From positions 1 to 42,833 of the forward strand of contig JBDTNR010000001.1 of assembly GCA_039933655.1 (NCBI GenBank): DNA of 42,833 bases, written 5' to 3'. The stretch is from Betaproteobacteria bacterium. Lineage in GTDB: Bacteria; Pseudomonadota; Gammaproteobacteria; Burkholderiales; Casimicrobiaceae. Shown piece after piece: positions 1-8,838 of the stretch. A program made the position numbers and the translations under genes. The notes beneath the pieces are model-generated. The model was given only the letters and a program-made list of their open reading frames with translations, did not search any database and was not told the DNA's origin. Each line of letters opens with the position of its first letter. Positions within the stretch are counted from its first letter, which is position 1.

Positions 1-555
1 ATGCTGCAGGTGCCGCCGCCGGCGTGGGACGACGTGACGCTGCGCACCGCCGAGCACGAGCTCGCACGCGCACTGGGGCCGATGGCGAAGCTGATCGTCC
101 GGCGCGCGGCGTCGCAGACCAACGACCGCGCGGAGCTGTGCTCGATCCTGTCCGGCAACATCGTCGATCCGGACGCGCGCCGGCAGTTCGTCGCCGCGTT
201 CAATCAAGGCGGCAGCGGCGTACGCACGGGTGCAACCGGCGGCTCGGGCGCGCATGCGACGGGATCGAATGCGTCCGTATCCGGCCGCACGCGCAGCGCC
301 GGTGCGGCCAGCGTGCCCGGCGGCACACTGCACGCGAGCGCGATGGGCACGCTGTCCGCGCCGCTCGAGCAGGCGTTCGTCGACCTCGTCACCGCGCGGC
401 TTGCCGTCTATCTGGGCCCGATCGCGCAGATCGTCACGAAAAAGGCGGCGCGCGGCGCGCGCAGCCGCAGCGAGTTCGTGCAGCGGGTGGCCGACAACCT
501 GGGGACGCAGGAGCGCGCGGCGTTCCTGCGCGAGTTCGGATACGGCGAGAGCTGA
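1..555 (+). CDS. 5'-truncated protein ending in two copies of a small helical domain; probably the C-terminus of a Ser/Thr protein kinase
   Basis: ORF is open from the window edge. Internal duplication LARALGPMAKLIVRRAA...RRQF / LAVYLGPIAQIVTKKAA...RAAF separated by a G/S/A-rich linker. I recall such tails on proteobacterial Hanks kinases, but no kinase domain is visible in the window. Confidence 0.45.
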   Translation: MLQVPPPAWDDVTLRTAEHELARALGPMAKLIVRRAASQTNDRAELCSILSGNIVDPDARRQFVAAFNQGGSGVRTGATGGSGAHATGSNASVSGRTRSAGAASVPGGTLHASAMGTLSAPLEQAFVDLVTARLAVYLGPIAQIVTKKAARGARSRSEFVQRVADNLGTQERAAFLREFGYGES

Positions 556-556
556 T

Positions 557-643
557 CTTAGGGGTCAGAGCCGTAATCATCGGCAGGCTCCTTCGGTGGC
601 TTGCCCCCCTTTCGAGCCGATGGTTACGGCTCTGACCCCTAAG
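557..643. repeat. REP-like palindrome (GGGGTCAGAG family), 28-bp arms
   Basis: CTTAGGGGTCAGAGCCGTAATCATCGGC (557-584) and its reverse complement at 616-643 with one mismatch. 25/28 identical to the unit at 39391-39418. Confidence 0.9.
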
Positions 644-980
644 GACGGATGACAATGCCGCAGGCAAACGGCTTGTACGAGTTGAACGAGATCTCGAAGC
701 GCCGTCCCAGCTCGTCCGTGATCTCGCGCCCGCCGATCGGCTGCGACGCCGCGATGCCCAGCGCCATCGCCGCCTGGCTGGCATCGAGGCCCAGCAGCCG
801 CGCGCGCGCCGCCGCCGCGCCGAGCATGCCGGTGGAACCGGTGATGTGCCAGCCACGGTCGTAGTGTTCGGGGTAGATCATGTTGCAGTCGCGGTACGAG
901 ACGTCGATGCCGAGTACGAGCGCATCGATCAGCTCGCGTCCGCTGGTGCCCGTGTGCTCGCCGAGCGCCAGCGCGGCCGA
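644..980 (-). pseudogene. MmgE/PrpD family remnant, truncated at both ends with an apparent internal deletion
   Basis: Minus frame reads SAALALGEHTGTSGRELIDALVLGIDV..MIYPEHYDRGWHITGSTGMLGAAAARARLLGLD..ALGIAASQPIG.RE|ITDELGRRFEISFNSYKPFACGIVI. The GWH.T and K.FACG motifs are typical of MmgE/PrpD. Only ~110 codons of a normally ~450-aa protein remain. Confidence 0.8.
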
Positions 981-1021
981 GGCGCTCGGCGCGACCGAGG
1001 AGAGGCATGGCAGAATGAGTA

Positions 1022-1534
1022 ATGGCCGACCGTCATATTCCGCTGAGCTTGGCGGGTACAGGCGACGCGCACGCGATCGCGGTGATGTCGCGTGACCTCA
1101 TCGAGGCGGGACTCGGATGGGAATACCGGCCCGAACGCGTCGCGAAGATGATCGGCCACCCCGATACCGTCAGCCTCGTGGCGCGCGACCTGCCGCAGCT
1201 TGCCGGCTTCGCGCTGATGTCGTTCGGGGACGAGCGCGCGCATCTGGTGCTGCTCGCCGTGGGTCCGCATCATCAGCGGCGCGGCATCGCGCGGATGATG
1301 GTCGACTGGCTCGTCGAGTCCGCACTGACGGCCGGCATGGCATCGATCCACGTGGAGCTGCGGGCGGGCAATGCTGCCGCGTTCGCGCTTTATCGCGGCG
1401 CCGGGTTCGCGGAGACGTTGCGGGTGCCCGGATACTATCGCGGCCGCGAGGCGGCGGTCCGGATGCTGCGGCTCCTGCGGTCGCCGACGGCGGCATTACC
1501 CGCATGGCAACCGCCAACGCTCGACCGCCGCTGA
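1022..1534 (+). CDS. GNAT N-acetyltransferase, RimI-like
   Basis: LAVGPHHQRRGIA acetyl-CoA motif A; LELRAGNAAAFALYRGAGF...PGYY. Confidence 0.85.
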   Translation: MADRHIPLSLAGTGDAHAIAVMSRDLIEAGLGWEYRPERVAKMIGHPDTVSLVARDLPQLAGFALMSFGDERAHLVLLAVGPHHQRRGIARMMVDWLVESALTAGMASIHVELRAGNAAAFALYRGAGFAETLRVPGYYRGREAAVRMLRLLRSPTAALPAWQPPTLDRR

Positions 1535-1546
1535 CGGCGCGTTCTC

Positions 1547-1590
1547 GCGCAGGCGATGCGCGGGCGATGCGCAGGCGATACGCAGGCGAT
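1547..1590. repeat. 11-bp tandem repeat x4 (GCGCAGGCGAT)
   Basis: gcgcaggcgat gcgcgggcgat gcgcaggcgat acgcaggcgat between convergent genes. Confidence 0.85.
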
Positions 1591-1631
1591 GCTGTCGGAC
1601 AGAGGGCGACCGCGCCGGTGGCCACGGCGCT

Positions 1632-2450
1632 TTAGGCCGCGTAGAAGTAGTCCACCATCCGCGCGATCTGTCCGCGCATCATTTCGCGGCCGTACACCGT
1701 CGTGCAGCCGCATTGCTCGGCGAGCGCCAGCAGCGGCGTGCGCTCCGGCTTGACGATCGCATCGAACACGACGATGTCGCGCGGCAACGCGGTGATTGCC
1801 AGCGGCAGGCGGGCGTCGTCGAGCATTCCGACGGGCGATGCGTTGAGGAAGATGTCGATGTCCGCAGTCGTGGGTGGGCCGGCGGCGACCTCCACCGCGG
1901 GATTGGCGTGCGCCACTCTCGCCGCCAGCGCGCTCGCGCGATCGCCGTCGACGTCGAAGATGCGCAGCGACGCCGGTTGCTCGGCGCCGATCGCCGCGGC
2001 CATCGCCGAGCCGGCACCGCCGGCGCCGAGCAGCATGACGCGCCGGCCGCGAAACGGGATACCGCGGCGGCCGAAGGCTTCGACGCATCCCGATCCGTCG
2101 AAGATATCGCCCCGCCAGCGGCCGTCGGCGCCGCGCGCGAGCGCGTTGACGGCGCCCACGACCTGCGCCTGCACGCCAAGCTCGTCGGCCAGCGCGCATG
2201 CGCGCGCCTTGTATGGGATGGTGAACACGAACCCGCCCAGGTTGCGCAATCGCATCAGCGCCGGCAGGCACGCGTCGAAATCCTCCGGCAGGACGTGCAG
2301 CGGCACCAGCACCGCGTCGTGACCGCGGCCGACGAGCTCGGCGGTGATCATTTCCGGAGACCGCACCTGTTCGATCGGATGCCCGACGATGCCGAAGAGC
2401 CGCGTCTTGCCGGATACGTAGTCGACCTGGTCGGTGTGCGTCATCGTCAT
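1632..2450 (-). CDS. Shikimate dehydrogenase family protein (AroE-like paralogue)
   Basis: GHPIEQVRSP, TIPYK, GAVN, FDG.G, LLGAGGAG, NASPVGM motifs. Start placed at MTMTH (2450) rather than the longer ORF. Confidence 0.85.
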   Translation of the reverse strand: MTMTHTDQVDYVSGKTRLFGIVGHPIEQVRSPEMITAELVGRGHDAVLVPLHVLPEDFDACLPALMRLRNLGGFVFTIPYKARACALADELGVQAQVVGAVNALARGADGRWRGDIFDGSGCVEAFGRRGIPFRGRRVMLLGAGGAGSAMAAAIGAEQPASLRIFDVDGDRASALAARVAHANPAVEVAAGPPTTADIDIFLNASPVGMLDDARLPLAITALPRDIVVFDAIVKPERTPLLALAEQCGCTTVYGREMMRGQIARMVDYFYAA

Positions 2451-2649
2451 CGCCGCTTTGCGCGCGGATGGTAGCATCCGCGTTCGCCGCCGTCCCCTGC
2501 TGCCGGAGTTGCCGCATGTTTTCCCGCTCGCTCGCCGCCTTCCATTTCGCGAATCCGGAGACCCCGATCGCCTTGCGGCCGGCCGGCCCGATCGGCAGCC
2601 CCCGGCGCATTGACCGTGTTCTACTTCGCGGAATGGAGCGGCAACCGTC

Positions 2650-3294
2650 ATGAACGTCACCTTCGATCTCGACCGGGCCGCGCACGAGCTCTACGACGCA
2701 CAGGGGCGCCGCTTCGACGCAATGACGCGGACGTGGACGTTCGTGCGTTCGGCTGAAAAGAGTGCTGCGTGCGAGAAGGTGGACGCATTGGCGGCCGTCG
2801 CCTGGCTGCAGAAGGAGAGCGAGCATGCGCTGCGCGTTCCGATCGGTGTCATCGGGCCCCGCGACGCATCGTCCGCGCAACTCGTCGCTGCGTTGCGCGT
2901 TGGTGAGTTGCTCGCCGATTGCGGCTTCATCGTAATCTGCGGCGGCCGGCACGGAGTGATGCAGTCGGTCTGCGAAGGGGTCAAGCGCGTCGGGGGGATG
3001 TCGATCGCCCTGCTGCCGGATACGGACATTTCGCATGCCAATTCGTTCGTCACCGTCGCGCTCGCCACCGGCATCGGCGAGGCGCGCAATGCGCTGCTCG
3101 CGAGCGCGTCGCTCTGCCTGATCGCCATCGGCGACAGCTTCGGCACGCTGTCCGAAGTGGCGTTGGGACGACAGTTCGGCAAGCCGGTGATCGGGCTCGA
3201 AGGCGCCGCGCAGGTCGACGGCGTGGTGCACGCCGGATCGCCGCAGGAAGCGGTGACGATCGTGGCCAAGGCGGTCCTGGGCGTCACCGGCTAA
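2650..3294 (+). CDS. LOG/SLOG-family Rossmann-fold nucleotide-binding protein (TIGR00725-like)
   Basis: IGVIG, CGGRHGVM, TGIGEARNALL, GTLSEVALG motifs. Confidence 0.8.
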   Translation: MNVTFDLDRAAHELYDAQGRRFDAMTRTWTFVRSAEKSAACEKVDALAAVAWLQKESEHALRVPIGVIGPRDASSAQLVAALRVGELLADCGFIVICGGRHGVMQSVCEGVKRVGGMSIALLPDTDISHANSFVTVALATGIGEARNALLASASLCLIAIGDSFGTLSEVALGRQFGKPVIGLEGAAQVDGVVHAGSPQEAVTIVAKAVLGVTG

Positions 3295-3681
3295 GGGATT
3301 TTGTCCGGCGCCGCGGCGGCCTTCATCCGCGACTATTGCGCCCGGCGACGTGTCGCCCACTTCCACGACAAGCACGACGCGCCGCGCTACGACGAAGGCG
3401 CCGCGGTACTCGAGCACGCGGCGGACGCTCGCCGCGGCGGCGACGTCCATCGCCCGCGCGTGAGCCGCGGCTCATGCCCCCGCCGCCGGCGAATCCGGCC
3501 GGCGCTCGCGTCCGTGACGCCGCGCCTGGTGCGCCGGACCGGAAACGCTCCGCGCGGAAGTAATACAATCGGGCGGCAAACCCTCCCGAATGTCCGTTGC
3601 AGCGACTTCCGCAATTTGAGCGTCGCGGTTGCGCGCGGTCTTGCTGCAGCGGCGCTCGCCTGAACGTCGATTGGAATCGCC

Positions 3682-5196
3682 ATGCTTGATCTGAAACGTT
3701 TGCGCGCACTTTCGCGCGGTGTCCTGACCGGCTTGAATCGCGGTGTCGAGAAGGAAAGCCTTCGCGTGCGGCCGGATGGCGCGCTCGCGAAGACGCCGCA
3801 CCCGCCGCTGCTCGGGTCCGCGCTGACGCACCCGTTTGTCACCACGGATTTTTCGGAATCGCAGCTGGAGCTCATCACCGGCGTGCATCCGAGCGGCGAA
3901 GCGTGCGTCTGCGAGTTGACGGAAATCCACCAGGTCGTCTATCGCGCGATCGGCGACGAGCTTCTCTGGTGCGCAAGCATGCCGTGCCGGCTGCCCAAAG
4001 ACGATGCCATCCCCATTGGCCAGTACGGGACGTCCAACCTCGGGCGCGCCAAAAGCGTGTACCGCAGGGGTCTCGCGCATCGCTACGGCCGGCGGATGCA
4101 GACGATCTCCGGCATCCACTACAACTTCTCGCTGCCCGAGCCGGTGGACAACGGCGCCTACTTCGCGCTGATCCGCAATTTCCGCCGGCATTCGTGGCTG
4201 CTGCTCTACCTGTTCGGCGCGTCGCCTGCCGTCTGCGCGTGTTTCATCGAAGGTCGTCAGCACGAACTGCAGCGGCTGCGCGACGACACGTACTACCTGC
4301 CGTTCGCGACATCGTTGCGGATGGGGCGCTTGGGCTACCAGAGCGATGCGCAGTCGTCGCTCGCGGTGAGCTACAACAGCCTGGACAGCTACGGCGCGTC
4401 GCTGCAGGACGCGCTGACGCGGCCGTATGCGGCGTACGAGAAGATCGGCATTCGCGACGGCGACGAATACCGGCAGCTGTCGACGACACTGCTGCAGATC
4501 GAGAACGAATTCTACGGCACCATCCGGCCGAAGCGCCGCATCCGGCAGGGCGAACGCCCGCTGCACGCATTGCGCGAACGCGGCGTCGAGTACGTCGAGG
4601 TGAGGCTGATGGATCTCGATCCGTTCGAGCCGGTGGGCATCAACGCCGACACGATGCGGATGCTCGACGTCTACCTGCTGTATGCGCTGCTGAGCGACAG
4701 CCCGCCGGACGACCCGGGGGAGATCGCCGCGAATGCGCGCAACCAGCATCGCGTCGCGTCGCGCGGCCGCGAGCCGGGCCTCGAACTCGAACGCGGCGCC
4801 GAGGCAATCACGCTCGTCGATTGGGGCCGCGAGCTATTGGGCGAATGCACGCCGATCGCCGCCGCGCTCGATGCCGCCAACGCGACGGACGCGTACGCGA
4901 AGACGCTTCGCAACGCCGTGGCGGTGCTCGACGATCCATCGGCGACGCCTTCCGCGCGTGTGCTGAAGGCGATGGCCGACGGTTACGATCATTCGTATTC
5001 GCGCTTCGTGCTCGCGCAGTCGAAGCGGCATCGCGACGCGATTTGCGCGTTGCCGCTGGCGCCGGAACTGGAGGAGCGCTTCGCGCGGCTGGCCGTGGAG
5101 TCGCGGATGAAGCAACGCGAGACCGAGGCGGCGGACACGATGCCGTTCGAAATCTACCGGCAGAAGTACCTCGATCCGTCCCGCCTGGGCGCGTAG
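3682..5196 (+). CDS. gshA: Glutamate--cysteine ligase
   Basis: RGVEKESLR, TTDFSESQLELIT, YGRRMQTISGIHYNFS, ATSLRMGRLGY, LQIENEFYG, GVEYVEVR. Confidence 0.96.
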   Translation: MLDLKRLRALSRGVLTGLNRGVEKESLRVRPDGALAKTPHPPLLGSALTHPFVTTDFSESQLELITGVHPSGEACVCELTEIHQVVYRAIGDELLWCASMPCRLPKDDAIPIGQYGTSNLGRAKSVYRRGLAHRYGRRMQTISGIHYNFSLPEPVDNGAYFALIRNFRRHSWLLLYLFGASPAVCACFIEGRQHELQRLRDDTYYLPFATSLRMGRLGYQSDAQSSLAVSYNSLDSYGASLQDALTRPYAAYEKIGIRDGDEYRQLSTTLLQIENEFYGTIRPKRRIRQGERPLHALRERGVEYVEVRLMDLDPFEPVGINADTMRMLDVYLLYALLSDSPPDDPGEIAANARNQHRVASRGREPGLELERGAEAITLVDWGRELLGECTPIAAALDAANATDAYAKTLRNAVAVLDDPSATPSARVLKAMADGYDHSYSRFVLAQSKRHRDAICALPLAPELEERFARLAVESRMKQRETEAADTMPFEIYRQKYLDPSRLGA

Positions 5197-5413
5197 GGCC
5201 TCCGATGCGAACGGCGGCGGGCCGTCCAATTCGGTGCGAGGCGCCCGCTCCGTGTCCGGGCGCCTCGCCAGCGGCATCCGGGAACCCACGGCGCACACGC
5301 GGCCAGCGCCGTTCGAGAACTATTTCTGCGACATAACCTATTGTAAGGAAACACTTAAATGCCAAGACGACGCGAAGGGCATTGAACTCCGGTCGTTTGG
5401 GCACAACTAATGC

Positions 5414-5430
5414 ATGTTGCAGCGCACCAT
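5414..5430 (+). promoter_or_regulatory. PhaR-like operator (ATG-N-TGC-N3-GCA-N-CAT)
   Basis: ATGTTGCAGCGCACCAT imperfect palindrome just upstream of the AGGAG RBS. Resembles TGC-N3-GCA boxes upstream of phasin genes. Confidence 0.5.
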
Positions 5431-5446
5431 TCCACAGGAGAAACCG

Positions 5447-5857
5447 ATGAAACCATCGTCCCACAAGGGCGTGGGCGCGATCGGCGTCCCCGCCCGACAC
5501 CGGTCGGCAAGCGTGCGTCCCAATGTACTCGCGCAGGAAGCGGTCCGGTATTCGCGGCAGCTTTCGCAGACGTCGGCGGACGGCGTCTTGGCGCTCGTGG
5601 CGTTCGCCGCCAACCAGGCGCTGACGCGGCAGATCGAAACCGCGCACCAGCTCGGCCGGCTGACGCTTGCGCAATCGAAGGAACTCGATGCGACGGCCAA
5701 GCGCGCCTTGCCCGCCGGACCGTTGCGCGATGCGCTGATGCTCGCGGCGCGCATGCAGGCCAACGCAGCGGACACGCTGGTGTCGGTGGCGAATCAGTGG
5801 GGCCGCCGTTTCGGGCACCTCGCGTTCGCGTTCCCGATGCTGGATCGCGCCGACTGA
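5447..5857 (+). CDS. Hypothetical Ala/Gln-rich helical protein, possibly phasin-like
   Basis: AGGAG RBS before ATG 5447; 136 aa with amphipathic-looking A/Q/L-rich composition; PhaR-like box upstream. Confidence 0.55.
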   Translation: MKPSSHKGVGAIGVPARHRSASVRPNVLAQEAVRYSRQLSQTSADGVLALVAFAANQALTRQIETAHQLGRLTLAQSKELDATAKRALPAGPLRDALMLAARMQANAADTLVSVANQWGRRFGHLAFAFPMLDRAD

Positions 5858-6059
5858 CCGCACCCCGCCCGCCGGCGCGGGCACGATGCGGGAACGAGGG
5901 TCCGATGCTTGCCGCGGCGAAAACCACCGCGTCGAGCGGAAGCGACTTTCGGATCGGTGCGCATCAGGAGTCTTGTGGGTCCGACCCGAACCCGTGTCGC
6001 TTCATTCATCGCGTCGCGACCGGGCCGATGCGCCCGACGCCTGATCATCGGTCCAGCGC

Positions 6060-6701
6060 CTACCACCGCAACAGCCGCGGTCCGAGCAGCGCGCCGGTGG
6101 CCGTCGGCACCAGCATCCCCAGGACGTACCAGAAGCCGAGGAAGGGCGGGCCCAGTTCGGGGCAATGCAGCGCATACACGAGTGCGGCGCCGGTGCCGGC
6201 GACGAGCCCGGCGACCGCGCCGGCCGCGCGCAGCCGTGTGGGCGCCATCCCGCGCATCACCCAGAGCATGGCCACGAACAGCGGAATGGACAATCCGGCG
6301 ATCAGCAGCGGGCAACTGCGCCACGTCCGGCCGAAGAACTGGGACGCGAATTCCTGGCCGCCGCCACGCTCGACAGCGACGAACGCCAGCACCCACATCG
6401 CGATCACCGGCGCCGCCAGTGCCATCGGTGTCCACCCGACACGCTCGCCGGGCCGCGACAGCCGCAGCGCCAGCATCACGCTCGCGGCCGCCAGCGCGGC
6501 GACGTAGCCGAACTTGATCCAGAACATCGGCAGGCGCATCGCGCTGGCCAGGTCGGGACGCACGCCGAGCACCATCGTCACCAGCAGCAATGCCACACCC
6601 GCGCCCGCGGAGAGGCCGACGGCATAGCGGCGCGCCACCGCATGCGAGTCCGCCGGCGCGCCGCCACGCGCCAGCATCGTCACCAGGTCGTCCGTCCTCA
6701 T
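6060..6701 (-). CDS. NrsF/DUF1109 family membrane anti-sigma factor
   Basis: MRTDDLV start, LGVRPDL, multiple TM segments, two conserved Cys (RSCP, LHCPE), APT.LRAAGA; overlaps the sigma gene by 4 bp. Confidence 0.88.
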   Translation of the reverse strand: MRTDDLVTMLARGGAPADSHAVARRYAVGLSAGAGVALLLVTMVLGVRPDLASAMRLPMFWIKFGYVAALAAASVMLALRLSRPGERVGWTPMALAAPVIAMWVLAFVAVERGGGQEFASQFFGRTWRSCPLLIAGLSIPLFVAMLWVMRGMAPTRLRAAGAVAGLVAGTGAALVYALHCPELGPPFLGFWYVLGMLVPTATGALLGPRLLRW

Positions 6702-7267
6702 CGCGTTCCCCGCATCCTCGCCGCCAATGCTTTCAGGCCGCGGTGGATGCCGACCTTCACCGCCGATTCCGACATGCCCGTCAGCGCTGCGGCTTCGGCG
6801 ACCGACAGCCCGGTGATCTTCACGTGCACGATCGGCAACCGCTGCCGCTCGGGCAGCAGCGCCAGCAGCGCCGCCACGTCACGCCGCGCGTCGGCCGCGT
6901 CCTCGTCCGACGCGGCGAGCAGCTCGTCGTCGTCGTCGAAGGGCTCGTGCAACGCATCGCGGCCTGCATGCCGGCGGACGAAGTCGATCCACTTGTACTT
7001 CGCGATCGCGTGCACCCACGCCGTCAACGGCTGCCGCGTGTCGTACGTGTGCCGCTGGTTGTGCACGGCGAGCAGCGTCTCCTGGACGAGGTCCTCGACT
7101 TCGTCCGGCATGCGGGCGAGTCGCTTGCGCAGGAACGCGCGCAGGTGCGCGGCGAGCTCCTTCAGGAACTGCTGATACGCCGCGGCGTCGCCGGCCAGCG
7201 CCGCGACGAAGAGCGGATGCAGCCGGGATTCACTCTCGCTCACGCTCGGGCGTTGGGCAACCGTCAT
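6698..7267 (-). CDS. ECF sigma-70 factor (SigF/ECF16-like)
   Basis: [12 protein letters not shown] region 2, [41 protein letters not shown] region 4; paired with NrsF. Confidence 0.92.
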   Translation of the reverse strand: MTVAQRPSVSESESRLHPLFVAALAGDAAAYQQFLKELAAHLRAFLRKRLARMPDEVEDLVQETLLAVHNQRHTYDTRQPLTAWVHAIAKYKWIDFVRRHAGRDALHEPFDDDDELLAASDEDAADARRDVAALLALLPERQRLPIVHVKITGLSVAEAAALTGMSESAVKVGIHRGLKALAARMRGTR

Positions 7268-7390
7268 CGTGGCATCTTACGTCCGCGGCCGCGGCCTGTG
7301 CGGCACGCCGCCGTGACGGGAGGCGCCGTCGCGATGGGCGCGTGCCGCGTCGGGGGCGCTGCCGAGCGATGGCGGGAACTGACCCGGCGT

Positions 7391-8662
7391 TCAGGGTCCG
7401 GTCGGCAGCGGCAGCGTTGCGAGGAACTGCTGGTAGTAGGTGGACAGCTCCAAGAGGTCGTCCGGACTCGTGCCCAGTATCGACACCATGAGGCCGCGCT
7501 GCTGCGCGGTGAGCGAGCCCTTGCCATCGGTGACTTCCCAGATCGCGAACTGGACAGCCGACGCCTTGAGTCCCAACGGATCGCTGGCGGCACCCAGCTT
7601 GCCGTTGGCCATCGCCACGATGTCCTGCAATTGCGCGTTGCCGGTGATGGGGCCCGGCGCGTAGTTGGCCGTGGCCTTGGAGGCGCCGCGCGACTGCTGC
7701 ATGCAGAACAGGTGCAGCACGAAACTGCGCGTTGTCCCGGGCGCGATCGTCGCCTGCAGGCGCTCGACGGCCAGGCCGTCCTGGTACGTGCTCGTCGTCG
7801 CAATGAACGTCTGGCCCGCGGGAATCACCAGTTCGAGCGGCGTCGCCGTCGTGTTGGCGATCTCGACGATGACATTGACCAGATCGACGCCGCTGCCCAG
7901 CGCCGTGGACGAACCGGGGCAATCGTCCGCCCCGCACGCGGCGAGCTGCGGCGGCAGCGTCGCGCCTGCGCCCTGCGGCAGGCACATGACGAGACCCTCG
8001 AAGACCCAGCCCGCCATCGACTGCAGCACGCTCGCCTGCGTCGAGTAGCGATGGTTGGGATCGCCGCGCGCGCCGTTGTTGTACGTGCGGTAGAGCGGCT
8101 GCGTCCCCGCGGGACACGCGCCGCCCACCGGCAGCCTGACGGCGAACGCGTTGGTTTCGAACGTCCACGCCGGATACGAAAGGCCATCGGTGGCAATCGA
8201 TTGCCATGCGGTCTTCACGAATTCGCACTCGTTCGGATCCGCCGTGTAGAAGTGGCTGTTCGGCCCGATGCGCGAACCGTCGGACCGATAGCGATCGGTC
8301 CCGAAAAAGCGGCACACCGGCACGGTGCCGGCCGGCGGACCCGCGACGTCCCACGCGGGGAACGTGCCGCTGGTGCGCTTCCATGCGCCGCCGAAGGCGC
8401 CGCCGTCGAGCACCGCGATCTCGGCAGGATCCGCGGAAATGAAGTAGTGGTCGAGCGCCGCGTTGTAGTACTCGACGACCTCCACAATGCCGCCGGGCGC
8501 GTTGATCGTGAGCGCGGGCGCGGCCTTGCGCACCATCGTCCCGGGCGTCACCGCGGGGTCGGGCCAGGCGATGCGGCCGGCCCACGCGGGCAGCGCAAGG
8601 GCGGAGGCGACGGTGAGGAGCAGGCAAGCGGTGAAGGTGCCAACGGCGGCGAATCGATTCAT
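7391..8662 (-). CDS. Secreted protein: triple His-repeat domain (DUF5648-like) plus C-terminal FC..Q / Q.AIW (thioester-domain/ARPP-like) domain
   Basis: Signal peptide; DHYFIS / SHFYTA / NHRYST repeats; C-terminal LHLFCMQQSR and AVQFAIWEVTDG motifs. Confidence 0.7.
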   Translation of the reverse strand: MNRFAAVGTFTACLLLTVASALALPAWAGRIAWPDPAVTPGTMVRKAAPALTINAPGGIVEVVEYYNAALDHYFISADPAEIAVLDGGAFGGAWKRTSGTFPAWDVAGPPAGTVPVCRFFGTDRYRSDGSRIGPNSHFYTADPNECEFVKTAWQSIATDGLSYPAWTFETNAFAVRLPVGGACPAGTQPLYRTYNNGARGDPNHRYSTQASVLQSMAGWVFEGLVMCLPQGAGATLPPQLAACGADDCPGSSTALGSGVDLVNVIVEIANTTATPLELVIPAGQTFIATTSTYQDGLAVERLQATIAPGTTRSFVLHLFCMQQSRGASKATANYAPGPITGNAQLQDIVAMANGKLGAASDPLGLKASAVQFAIWEVTDGKGSLTAQQRGLMVSILGTSPDDLLELSTYYQQFLATLPLPTGP

Positions 8663-8838
8663 GAACTCTCCTGCGTTATCGACCCCAGCATCGCATGGGA
8701 GGGCATTGCATGTCCACCGGCGAAATGCGTTGTCGCGAAGCGGCGGACCGCAACGGCCGCGACACCCGACCAGCCACGGCCCGCGCGTTCAGCAAGCGAT
8801 GCCCGCGGTTCGCGGGCCTCTCGCGCTATCCTCCCGGC

